Source: an uncultured delta proteobacterium | GTDB taxonomy: Bacteria; Desulfobacterota; Binatia; JACPRU01 | Length of the DNA stretch: 64,000 nt | NCBI GenBank assembly: GCA_963745025.1 | Contig: CAVUWD010000011.1 | Coordinates: 320,001-384,000 of the forward strand | Reading direction: 5' to 3' | In this document: positions 38,852-48,356 of the stretch, piece after piece | Layout of the letters: the number at the start of each line of letters is the position of its first letter | Numbering within the stretch: position 1 is the stretch's first letter | Translations under genes and position numbers: made by a program | The notes under the pieces: model-generated | Seen by the model: the letters and a program-made list of their open reading frames with translations, nothing else | What the model was told of the DNA's origin: nothing | Databases searched by the model: none

Positions 38852-40291
38852 GTGCCTGAACTTGCCTATGTTTCCGCCGTCGATCTTGCAAACAAAATTC
38901 GCCAACGAGAAGTTTCCAGCACAGAAGCGCTAGAGTATTTCCTCGCGCGTGTCGCCACGCTCGACAAAACCATCAATAGCGTTGTCACCATCGACGCCGA
39001 CCGGGCGCGCGCTGAAGCAACTGCGGCCGACGAAGCCTTGGCACGAAGCGAAGTGCGCGGACCGTTGCACGGCGTACCGATGACCGTCAAAGATTCGTTT
39101 CAGACCGCGGGGATGCGTACGACGTCGGGCGCACCGGAACTAGTGAACTTCGTGCCACAAGAAGACGCTTGGCCGGTTGCGCGTTTACGCGAAGCCGGGG
39201 CCGTCATTTTTGGCAAGACCAATCTGCCGATCTACGCCGGCGACCTACAAAGTTACAACGAGATTTTTGGGACGACGAACAATCCTTATGACGTGACGCG
39301 CACGCCAGGCGGCTCGTCCGGCGGTTCCGCGGCTGCGCTTGCATGTGGGTTTACTCCACTGGAACTCGGCAGTGATATCGGTGGTTCCATTCGCCTGCCG
39401 TGTCATATGTCGGGCGTTGTCGGGCACAAACCCAGTTATGGCATCGTGCCGGCCCACGGGCAGATCCCTGGGCCGCCCGGGACTTTGACCTTGGCTGACC
39501 TTGCAGTCGTCGGACCGATGGCCCGGACTGTCGAGGACCTCGAACTGGGACTCAAGATCATGGCCGGTCCGAATCGGTGGGAAAAGCCGGCCTGGCGCTT
39601 GGAGCTGCCTCCTCCCCGTCGGGAGACACTCAAGCAATACCGCATTGCCGCCTGGTTTGACGATCCACGATGTCGTGTCGAGCCGGAGATCAGGACTCTG
39701 CTGGAGAATGCGGCGCGCGCACTCGCGAACGTAGGAGTGCGGCTTGATGCGGAGGCGCGCCCAGAGTTTTCTCTGGAGAAGGTTGCCGATACTTTCTTCG
39801 CGCTTTTGCAGGCGGCTCTGGCTGGTGGAACGTCTCGAGACCGCATCGAAGCATACGCCGCTTCGACTGGCGATACTCCTCTTGCGACCACGCGTCGCCT
39901 GCTCGCCATGCGACACCGCGAGTGGCTCAGCTATAACGAACGACGCCTCCAGCTGCGAAAATGCTGGGAAGCGTTCTTTCAGCAGTGGGACATCATCCTG
40001 TTGCCGGTCATGCCCTGCGCTGCTGTTTTTCACGACCATTCAGAGCCGCAATCAGCGCGACTCGCGTGGGTAGGGGGTGAGCGACGCCCGTATTGGGACC
40101 TGACGACCTGGATGGCCCCCGCAGGTGCTTGTTACTTGCCTGCGACCGTAGTGCCGGTCGGGTGTCTGAGCAATGGATTGCCAGTCGGCATTCAAATCGT
40201 CGGACCCTATTTGCACGATCGCACGACGCTGGATGTGGCCAGACATCTTCTCGCTATTGTCGGCGGCTGTCCTCGGCCTGCCGGGTTCTAA
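38852..40291 (+). CDS. Amidase signature family protein
   Basis: GPLHGVPMTVKD, GKTN, PGGSSGGSAAA, GSDIGGSIR. Confidence 0.93.
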   Translation: MPELAYVSAVDLANKIRQREVSSTEALEYFLARVATLDKTINSVVTIDADRARAEATAADEALARSEVRGPLHGVPMTVKDSFQTAGMRTTSGAPELVNFVPQEDAWPVARLREAGAVIFGKTNLPIYAGDLQSYNEIFGTTNNPYDVTRTPGGSSGGSAAALACGFTPLELGSDIGGSIRLPCHMSGVVGHKPSYGIVPAHGQIPGPPGTLTLADLAVVGPMARTVEDLELGLKIMAGPNRWEKPAWRLELPPPRRETLKQYRIAAWFDDPRCRVEPEIRTLLENAARALANVGVRLDAEARPEFSLEKVADTFFALLQAALAGGTSRDRIEAYAASTGDTPLATTRRLLAMRHREWLSYNERRLQLRKCWEAFFQQWDIILLPVMPCAAVFHDHSEPQSARLAWVGGERRPYWDLTTWMAPAGACYLPATVVPVGCLSNGLPVGIQIVGPYLHDRTTLDVARHLLAIVGGCPRPAGF

Positions 40292-40396
40292 CTTCGATCC
40301 GAAATTATTCTGCGACGTGAACGTGGGCGGGCTCGCGCCTGGCTTGTCCGCCGCGCGCTAGTGGAGACGCGCGCGAGGTTCGGCTAGAACACCGGC

Positions 40397-41518
40397 GTGT
40401 TGTCGCGGATCGCCCTCGTGGCATTGAGCGTAGTGACGAGCTTGCTGGTCCTCGAGCTCGGCGTCCGCATCGTCGCCGCCTTCGACACGAACTACTTTGA
40501 TGAGATTGTCGCGCGGCAAGCGCCCACCGCCGGCCGAGAGCTCACGCTCGCCGATTTGCTCCGCCCGAGCGCCGACGACTTGATCGTCTACGGGTTGAGG
40601 CCGGGTGCGCAGGGCCGCTTCCTCGGCCAGCCCATCGCGATCAACTCGCTCGGGATGCGCGACGGCGAGAGAGCGCTCGAGAGACGGTCGGGGACCTTCC
40701 GCATCGTCGGCCTCGGTGATTCCCACATGTTCGGTTGGGGCGTGCGGGGAGACGAGACCTTTCTTGCGCTGTTGGAAAAGCGCCTGGCTCAACACTTTGC
40801 GGGCCGGAGCTTCGAAGCCTGGAACTTGGCCGTGCCCGGCTACAACAGCGTGCAGGAGGTCGAGACGTTTGCGACGAAGGCGCCGGCGATCGGGCCCGAC
40901 TTGGTCGTCGTCAATTGGGTGGGCAACGACATGGATCTCCCGAACTTCCTCGCGAAGCGGCCCGAGGTTTACAGCCTGCGGAGATCGTTTCTGCTCGAGC
41001 TGATACGTGGCCGTGCGCGGGTCTGGCAGGGGAAGTCCGTGAAGTCCTCGGCGGCGCTGGTTCCGGTGGAGTACGACGAGCACACGAGACGATTCAACCC
41101 GAAGGTGGAGGAGGTTCCCGAGCGCTATCGTCCTCTCCTTGGCACGGAGAACATGATGCGGGCCTTGGATCGATTGGCAGAGCTAGCCCGCGAGTATCGG
41201 ATTCCCCCGGTCATCCTGTTCGATTGGAACTCTCCGCAGGCGGATCCTGCAAAGGCGGAGAGTCACGACCCGTCGCGAATGGCCGTCAAGCAGAGGTGTG
41301 CCGCGCAGGGTTATCTGGTCGTCGACACGGAAGATCGGGTGCTCCGGTACTTGAAGGACCACCACCTCGACGCGAGCGCGCTGCATGTTTCTGATTCGGA
41401 TCCTCATCCGAGCGTGCTTCGCCACCGATTGATCGCCGAGGAGCTGTTCGAGTCGCTCGTCGGTTCGGGACTGATCGAGCGCCCGGCACCGGCGAGCTCT
41501 CCTCGCGCGGGCGAATGA
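40397..41518 (+). CDS. SGNH/GDSL hydrolase with N-terminal membrane anchor
   Basis: INSLGMRD, LGDSHMFGWG, NLAVPGYN, GND, DPHP. Confidence 0.85.
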   Translation: MLSRIALVALSVVTSLLVLELGVRIVAAFDTNYFDEIVARQAPTAGRELTLADLLRPSADDLIVYGLRPGAQGRFLGQPIAINSLGMRDGERALERRSGTFRIVGLGDSHMFGWGVRGDETFLALLEKRLAQHFAGRSFEAWNLAVPGYNSVQEVETFATKAPAIGPDLVVVNWVGNDMDLPNFLAKRPEVYSLRRSFLLELIRGRARVWQGKSVKSSAALVPVEYDEHTRRFNPKVEEVPERYRPLLGTENMMRALDRLAELAREYRIPPVILFDWNSPQADPAKAESHDPSRMAVKQRCAAQGYLVVDTEDRVLRYLKDHHLDASALHVSDSDPHPSVLRHRLIAEELFESLVGSGLIERPAPASSPRAGE

Positions 41519-41655
41519 GCTCGGTCGGGGAACTCCTCGGGGTGGAGCGCACGCCGTGCGACGAGACCACTCGGGTGATGCGCGCATCTGCTCGCTCGTT
41601 GACGGGCAGTGCCGTTCCACGTTGAAATCGGGTCAACGAGGTGAGAGGAGAACGC

Positions 41656-42801
41656 ATGCCACAGCAAGCCATGGGACTCCAGTTGCGCTCGACCGTCAAG
41701 AAAGAAGGCATCGTCGAGCTCTCGCTCACGAGTGTGCCGATCCCCGAGCCGAAGCCCGACGAGGTGGTGGTCCGCGTCGACGCGTCTCCGATCAACCCCT
41801 CAGATGTGGGGCTGATGTTCGGCGGCGCCGACCTGTCCACGGCGAAAGCCTCCGGCACCCCCGACAATCCGGTCGTGACGGCGAGCATCCCACCGGCAAT
41901 GATGAGGGCCATGGCCGGACGCGTGGACCAGTCGTTGCCGGCCGGCAACGAAGGCGCGGGCGTGGTGGCGCGTGCCGGTTCCTCCGACGAAGCCCGGGCG
42001 CTGATGGGCAAGACCGTGGCGATTCTCGGCGGCGCCATGTACGCGCAGTTCCGCTGCATCAAGGCCGGCCAGTGCCTCGTCTTGCCGCAGGGCACCACGC
42101 CGGCGGAGGGCGCCTCCTGCTTCGTGAACCCGCTCACCGCACTCGGCATGGTCGCGACCATGCGTGTGGAAAACCATTCGGCGCTCGTGCACACGGCGGC
42201 GGCCTCGAACCTAGGCCAGATGCTGAACAAGATCTGCATCAAGGACGGCATCGGACTGGTGAATATCGTGCGCAGACAGGAGCACGTGGACCTTCTCAAG
42301 GCCATCGGAGCCAAACACGTGGTGGACTCCAGCACCCCGACGTTCATGAACGATCTCACGGAGGCCCTCGTCGCCACCGGCGCGACATTGGCGTTCGACG
42401 CCACTGGCGGCGGCAAGCTGGCGAGTCAGATCCTTTCGTGCATGGAGGCGGCCGCGAACCGGACGGCCAAGGAATACAGCCGCTACGGGTCCACGACGCA
42501 CAAACAGGTGTACATCTACGGCGGCTTGGACCGCGGTCCGACAGAGCTCACCCGCAACTTCGGCATGGCGTGGGGCGTCGGCGGCTGGTTGCTCACCCCG
42601 TTCCTGCAGAAGGTCGGTCCCGAAGCTGCACGGAAGCTGCGAGAGCGAGTGGCCGCCGAGATCAAAACGACCTTCGCCAGTCACTACACCAAGGAGGTTT
42701 CGCTCGCGGAGGCGCTGCGATTGGAGGAGATCGCCATCTACGGCAAGCAAGCCACCGGCCAGAAGTACCTGATCAATCCGAACAAGGGGCTCGCTCACTG
42801 A
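41656..42801 (+). CDS. MDR family NAD(P)H oxidoreductase (zinc-binding dehydrogenase fold)
   Basis: ASPINPSD, GNEGAG, FVNPLTALGM, HTAAASNLG, FDATGGG. Confidence 0.9.
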   Translation: MPQQAMGLQLRSTVKKEGIVELSLTSVPIPEPKPDEVVVRVDASPINPSDVGLMFGGADLSTAKASGTPDNPVVTASIPPAMMRAMAGRVDQSLPAGNEGAGVVARAGSSDEARALMGKTVAILGGAMYAQFRCIKAGQCLVLPQGTTPAEGASCFVNPLTALGMVATMRVENHSALVHTAAASNLGQMLNKICIKDGIGLVNIVRRQEHVDLLKAIGAKHVVDSSTPTFMNDLTEALVATGATLAFDATGGGKLASQILSCMEAAANRTAKEYSRYGSTTHKQVYIYGGLDRGPTELTRNFGMAWGVGGWLLTPFLQKVGPEAARKLRERVAAEIKTTFASHYTKEVSLAEALRLEEIAIYGKQATGQKYLINPNKGLAH

Positions 42802-42807
42802 CCATCG

Positions 42808-42880
42808 CTATTTGTAGGCGACCGCCGCGCTGGACGGCCCGGTGAGCTTGATGACCTCGAAATCGCGGAAGCCGGCGCTC
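42808..42880 (-). pseudogene. C-terminal relic of a class-2 O-methyltransferase
   Basis: Reverse strand reads SAGFRDFEVIKLTGPSSAAVAYK*; the rest of the gene is absent. Confidence 0.55.
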
Positions 42881-43030
42881 GTAACGTGCCCTGCGCCAGG
42901 CGCTAGCCCGGTAGGCTGCCTGGCCGGAGCTGGTTCGCGACCAACGGGAGCGATCTGTGGCGCAGCCTCCTAGCCCGCCTCGTTCCGTCCCGCCGGTCCC
43001 CCGAAAAAGTGCGCTCGACCCGGCGTCGGC

Positions 43031-43693
43031 TCAACGCGGTGAGCCATCCGGCAGGACGGAATCGAGGACCGTCCGAGCGAAGCGCTGGAGTTCCGCGCGG
43101 CTCCGGCCCGCAGCCTTCGACTGGGCGATGCCGTAAGCCGCACTGACGAGAGCGATTGCTCCGTCCTCGGGGGCGAGATCCGCTCGGATGCTGCCGTCCC
43201 TCTGTCCCGCACGGATCGTGTCCTTGATCATCCCGAAGACCCGATTCTGGAGCGCGCGGTAGCGATCCCACAACTCGTCCTCCGTCGCCATGCTCCATTC
43301 GAGCCAGATCCGCGCGTATTCGAGCTTGGCCTCGATGAGCTCCGTGATCCGCGCCAGATGATCGTAGAGGGCTTCCCGCGGAGGCTTGCCGCTCCGGTGC
43401 GCAGCGGTCGCCATTTCGAGAGCCCAGCGCGCCATGCTCTCGAAGACGGCCTCGCGGAGCGCGCGCCGTGTCGGGAAGTAGACGAAGATCGTCGACAGCG
43501 ACACGCCAGCTTCCTTGGCGACGTGCAGATGACCGGCCATCGCCACTCCCTCCCGGGCAAAGACCCTGATCGCGCAGTCGAGCAGCAACTCGCGCCGGAC
43601 CTCTGGGGCGAGGCGGCGGGCTCGCGGGCGTGACGCTTCGCGGAGCCCACTCGTCGTCTTCCTCTTCACAGCGGAGCCGCTTCGTCCCATCAT
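43031..43693 (-). CDS. TetR family regulator, divergent from the carboxylase operon
   Basis: RRELLLDCAIRVFAREG...VAKEAGVSLSTIFVYFPTR HTH. Confidence 0.9.
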   Translation of the reverse strand: MMGRSGSAVKRKTTSGLREASRPRARRLAPEVRRELLLDCAIRVFAREGVAMAGHLHVAKEAGVSLSTIFVYFPTRRALREAVFESMARWALEMATAAHRSGKPPREALYDHLARITELIEAKLEYARIWLEWSMATEDELWDRYRALQNRVFGMIKDTIRAGQRDGSIRADLAPEDGAIALVSAAYGIAQSKAAGRSRAELQRFARTVLDSVLPDGSPR

Positions 43694-43700
43694 GCAAAGC

Positions 43701-43756
43701 TTGACAGATTTCTTATTATGATGCTACTCAATATATAATGAGTGAATACTTAATAA
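43701..43756. promoter_or_regulatory. AT-rich divergent promoter with candidate TetR operator ACTCA-ATATATAA-TGAGT (43726-43743)
   Basis: TTGACA at 43701, TATAAT at 43734, near-perfect 18-bp palindrome. Confidence 0.65.
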
Positions 43757-43832
43757 CTCGATTCTTCGACGCCTCCGCTTCCCTGCTCGCGTAGGCTCGA
43801 CAGCGGCTCTCGAAGGCCGGGCGAGGAGCGTC

Positions 43833-45757
43833 ATGGGAACGCTGATCAACGTCGACAACGGCGGGACGCTGACCGACGTCTGCGTGATCGCCGACGGCAA
43901 GGTCTTTCGCACCAAGACGCTGACGACGCCCTACGACCTCTCCGAGTGCTTCTTCGAGGGGATGCGGCTGGCCTCGCGCGAGGTGCTCGGGCGGGATGAC
44001 GTCGAGACCCTTCTGCGCGGCGCGGATCTGATCCGCTACTCGACGACGCAGGGAACGAACGCCCTGGTCGAGAGGAAGGGCCAGCGTCTGGGGCTCGTCG
44101 TCGATGACGAGCAGCTCATCGCCGCGCTTTCCGACACGGTGGCGGCACAGGATCTCGTCTATGCGCTCGTCGCCGAGCGGGCACGCCGCGTGGACCCCTC
44201 GCTGGACGACGAGGTCTTCGACCGCGCCCTCGTCCGCGCGGTGAACGAGCTCACGGCGGCGGGAGCGAACCGGATCGTCGTGAGCTTTCCCGGCGGGATT
44301 CGGCCGCGCGGGAGCAGCGCGCCGAGCGGATCCTCCTCCAGCGCTTTCCCCTCCACCTTCTCGGAACCGTGCCCCTCCTTTTCGCGCACGAGCTCACCGA
44401 CGATCCCGATCCCGCCCGTCGCACCTGGACGGCTCTTCTCAACGCCTTCCTCCATCCCGCCATGGAACAGTTTCTCTACGCTGCCCAGCGACGGCTCCAG
44501 AAATTCAAGGGACGGGCACCTCTCCTCATCTTTCGGAACGACGGGGGATCGGCGCGGATCGCGAAGACGATCGCCATTCGGACGTGCGGCTCCGGCCCGC
44601 GCGGCGGGATGGAGGGCGTTCGGGCCCTGGCCCGCCACTACGGCTTCGAGGAGCTCGTCTCGGCCGACGTCGGCGGCACGACAACCGACGTGGGCACCGT
44701 GAGCGGCGGCGAGATTTGCCACCTCCGTCGCGGCGCGATCGAGGGTGTCGCGGTCTCGAACCCGCTCGCCGACGTCAAGAGCGTGGGTGTGGGCGGGAGC
44801 TCCGTCATCCGCGTGCAGGCCGGGACGCTGGAGGTCGGTCCGCAGAGCGTCGGCAGTGTTCCGGGTCCCGCTTGCTTCGGCCGCGGCGGGCGCGAGGCGA
44901 CGATCACCGACGCCTTCCTGCTGATGGGGATTCTGGATCCGAGGACGTTTTTCGGCGGCGGGCTCGAGCTCGACGCGGAGCGGAGCCGCGCCGCCGTCCT
45001 CGCGAATGTCGCCGTGCCCCTCGGCCTGCCGCTCGACGAGGCGCTCGTTGCGATGGAGGAGGCCTGGGCTAGGAAGATCGCCGAGGGGATCCGCCGGTCG
45101 GCTCCGATCTCGGATCGCACGGTTCTCGCAGCGTTCGGAGGCGCCGGAGCCCTCGCGGTCTGCCGCGTGGCCGAGCTCGTCAGCATCCATCGAGTCGTCC
45201 TCCCCGGTCTCGCCTCGGTCTTCAGCGCCATCGGCATCGGCTTCAGCGACCTCGCCCAAGAGTACGAGGCGCAGATCCGCGAGCACACGCCGGGGGCGCT
45301 GGATGCCCTGCTTCGAACGCTGCGCAAGCGGGCGGAGCGCGACATGTTCGCGGAACGCGTCTCCCCTGCGGAGTGCACGATCGAGACCTCGATAGTCGGC
45401 ACCGTCGACGGCCGGGAAACGACTTTCCCATACGCGCCGGGTGACGGAGTGGCGGGCGACGTCGCGGGCCTCGAAGACCTCGGGCTCCGCTTGCGGGTGG
45501 CGAAGCGCCTCGAGCACGTTTCGCTCGTCCCCGTGGGCGGGGAGCGGCCCTCACCGGCGACCGCCCCGGGGACCCGACGGGCGCACCTCGCCGGGCGGTG
45601 GCGGGACCTGCCCGTCTACCGGATCCACGAGCAGGCTCCGGGCGCGCGCGCCGAGGGTCCCGCGATCTTCGAGGAGCCCTTTCTCACGGGAACGCTCCTT
45701 CCGGGGTGGCGATTCGAGCTCACCGCGAACCGAGACGTCCTGCTCTCCCGGGCGTGA
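43833..45757 (+). CDS. apcA: Acetophenone carboxylase alpha-like subunit (hydantoinase A family); frameshift near 44300
   Basis: INVDNGGTLTD, TKTLTTPYDLS, RYSTTQGTNALVER, RRTWTALLNAFLHP, DVGGTTTD. Confidence 0.8.
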
Positions 45758-45768
45758 AGGAGAACACG

Positions 45769-46173
45769 ATGAAGGTGCCGATCACGGAATACCTGTGCAT
45801 CGAACTCGACACCGAGCAGTGGGAGTGCCGCGAATGCGGGCGCGGCCTCGGCTCCGCGCGGCAAAACTACAAGGAAGGGCTCCTGGTGCACGCCCGCGAC
45901 CCCCGGGAGATCCACCGCCCGCTCCTCGATCCGACCCTCTACGAGTACACATACTCCCCGGACCCGAACTGGTGCGCGATCCTCGAGTTCTACTGCCCCG
46001 GCTGCGGCACACTGGTCGAGACCGAGTACACGGTGCCCGGGCATCTGCCGATCCACGACATCGAGATCGACGTCGACGCGCTGAAGAAGCGCTGGGAAGG
46101 CATCAGTGAGTATCCTGCGGACCGCGGCAACCTGCCTGCGCCGCGCCTGCGAACGGACGACCACCGTCACTAA
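45769..46173 (+). CDS. apcB: Acetophenone carboxylase beta-like / acetone carboxylase gamma family zinc subunit
   Basis: MKVPITEYL, CRECG, NYKEG, EFYCPGCG, PGHLPIHD; RBS AAGGAG. Confidence 0.85.
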   Translation: MKVPITEYLCIELDTEQWECRECGRGLGSARQNYKEGLLVHARDPREIHRPLLDPTLYEYTYSPDPNWCAILEFYCPGCGTLVETEYTVPGHLPIHDIEIDVDALKKRWEGISEYPADRGNLPAPRLRTDDHRH

Positions 46174-46196
46174 AGGAGCCCGCGGGGGATCTCGTC

Positions 46197-48330
46197 ATGA
46201 AGCGCGTCGCCGTCGACATCGGGGGAACGTTCACCGACTGCTTCGTCGCCTGGAACGGGCGCTTCGCCGAGGCCAAAGCGCTGACGACCCACCACAACCT
46301 AGCCCAGGGCTTCAACGAGGCCCTCGACCGCGCCTGCGAGGAGCTCGGCGTGGGCCGGGAAGAGCTGCTGTCGCAGGTCGACTCCGTGCGCTACGCGACG
46401 ACGCTCGGCACGAACGCCCTGATCGAGAGAAAGGGACCGAACCTCGGTCTGCTGATCACCCACGGGTTCGAGGGAACCGTCCCGGTGAGCCGGGGGCGAG
46501 GGTACGGCGACGGGCTCTCGATCTTCGAGAAGATGGATGTCACCAACGCGAAGCGCCCCGACCCGCTCGTGCCGATCCCCATGATCCGCGGAGTCCGCGA
46601 GCGCCTCGACTGGGCGGGGAACGTCGTGATCCCTCTCGACGAGGACGACGTCCGCGTGAAGATCCGTCGAGCTCGTCGAAAACGGGCTCGAAGGGCTCGT
46701 CGTGAGCACCGCGAATGGCATCGTGAATCCGGCGCACGAGCGGCGCATCCGCGAGATCTTTCTCGAAGAGTACCCGCGAAGCATGCTCGGCGCGATCCCG
46801 ATCATCCTCGCCTCGGAGGTAACCGGCCGCCGGGGAGAGTACGTGCGGACGACCTCGACGCTGATCGACGCCTACCTCCACTCCATCATGTACCACGCGA
46901 TGAGCCGGCTCGAGCTGAACCTCCGCGAGTCGCGCTACGAGAAGCCCATGCTCCTCGTCCACAACTCCGGGGGCATGGCGCAGCTCAACTCGACGGACGC
47001 GCTCCAGACCGTCCACTCCGGTCCGGTCGCCGGGATCCATGCAGGGGAGACGCTGGCGGAAGCGTCGGGGCTCGGCAACATCGTCACGACGGACATGGGC
47101 GGGACGAGCTTCGACATCGGGATCGTCGTCGAGGGCGGCATCAAGTTCTACGATTTCAACCCGACGATCGACCGCTTCCTCGTCGCTCTCCCCATGGTGC
47201 ACCTGACGTCACTCGGCGCCGGCGGCGGGTCGATTGCGCGCTACGACGCAACCTACGCGACGGTGCGGGTGGGACCGGACAGCGCGGGATCCGATCCCGG
47301 GCCCGCCTGCTACGACCGTGGCGGGACCACCCCGACCGTCACCGACGCCGACCTGCTCCTCGGCTTCCTCGACCTCGAGAACTACGCGCACGGGCGGATC
47401 CGCCTGAACCCGAAGCGCTCTCGGCGGGCCTTCGAGGAGCTGTGCGACGCGCTCGACATGGAGGCGCTCGACGTCGGCCGGCTGGTGCGGCGCCGCGTCG
47501 ACAACGACATGGCCGTCGGCATCGTCGCCGAGCTCGCCTCCCGCGGCTTGCGGCCCGAGCGCTTCACGATGCTCGCCTACGGCGGAAACGGACCGCTCCA
47601 CGCCTGCGGCATCGCCGCGATCGCCGGCATCGATCGCGTCCTCGTCCCGCCCTTCGCCTCGGTCTTTTCGGCCTGCGGCGCGGCGACGCTGCGGCAGATG
47701 CACATCCACGAGTACAATCGCCTCACCGATCTCTACAACCCGTTCACGCGAACCGTCTTCGACGATTACGGCCCCTTCAACCAGGTCGTGGAGGCGCTCG
47801 AGGAGCGGGGCCGCCAAGATCTCCTGCGGCAGGGTTTCGAGGCGAAGGACGTGCGCCACCGCCTCGAGCTCGACATTCGCTACGGCACGCAGCTGATCGA
47901 GACCGCGATCGTCTGCGACAAGACGCGGATCCACAGCGTGCGGGACGTACTGCAGATCATCGAGAAGCACGCCGAGGACTTCGCGACGCGCTACGGCGAG
48001 GCGAGCCGGAGCCCGGAATCCGGCGTGCGCGTCACGACCTATCGAGTCGCCTCCTGGGTCGAGACAGAGCGCCTGCAATTCGGGGACCTGACTCCCGGGC
48101 GGCTGCGGCGCCCGACGCCGCCGCCCGTCGGCACGAGGAGTTGCTACTTCGTCGATTCGCAGGATCCATTGGACGCGCCCTTCTACGACGGCCGGGCCCT
48201 CGAGCCGGGAGTCGGCCTCGACGGACCGGCGATCGTGAACCCGGGAGCGACGACCTACCTCGTCGAACCCGGCTGGCGCTACGAGGCCGTGGAGCAAGGG
48301 GCCGTCTGGCTGACGCGGCTCCCGGCGTAA
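46197..48330 (+). CDS. apcC: Acetophenone carboxylase gamma-like subunit (hydantoinase A family); frameshift near 46665
   Basis: VDIGGTFTD, RYATTLGTNALIER, SGPVAG, DMGGTSFD, GPDSAGSDPGPACY, YGGNGPLH. Confidence 0.82.
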
Positions 48331-48356
48331 GCACCGAAGCGCGGAGGATCGGCATC

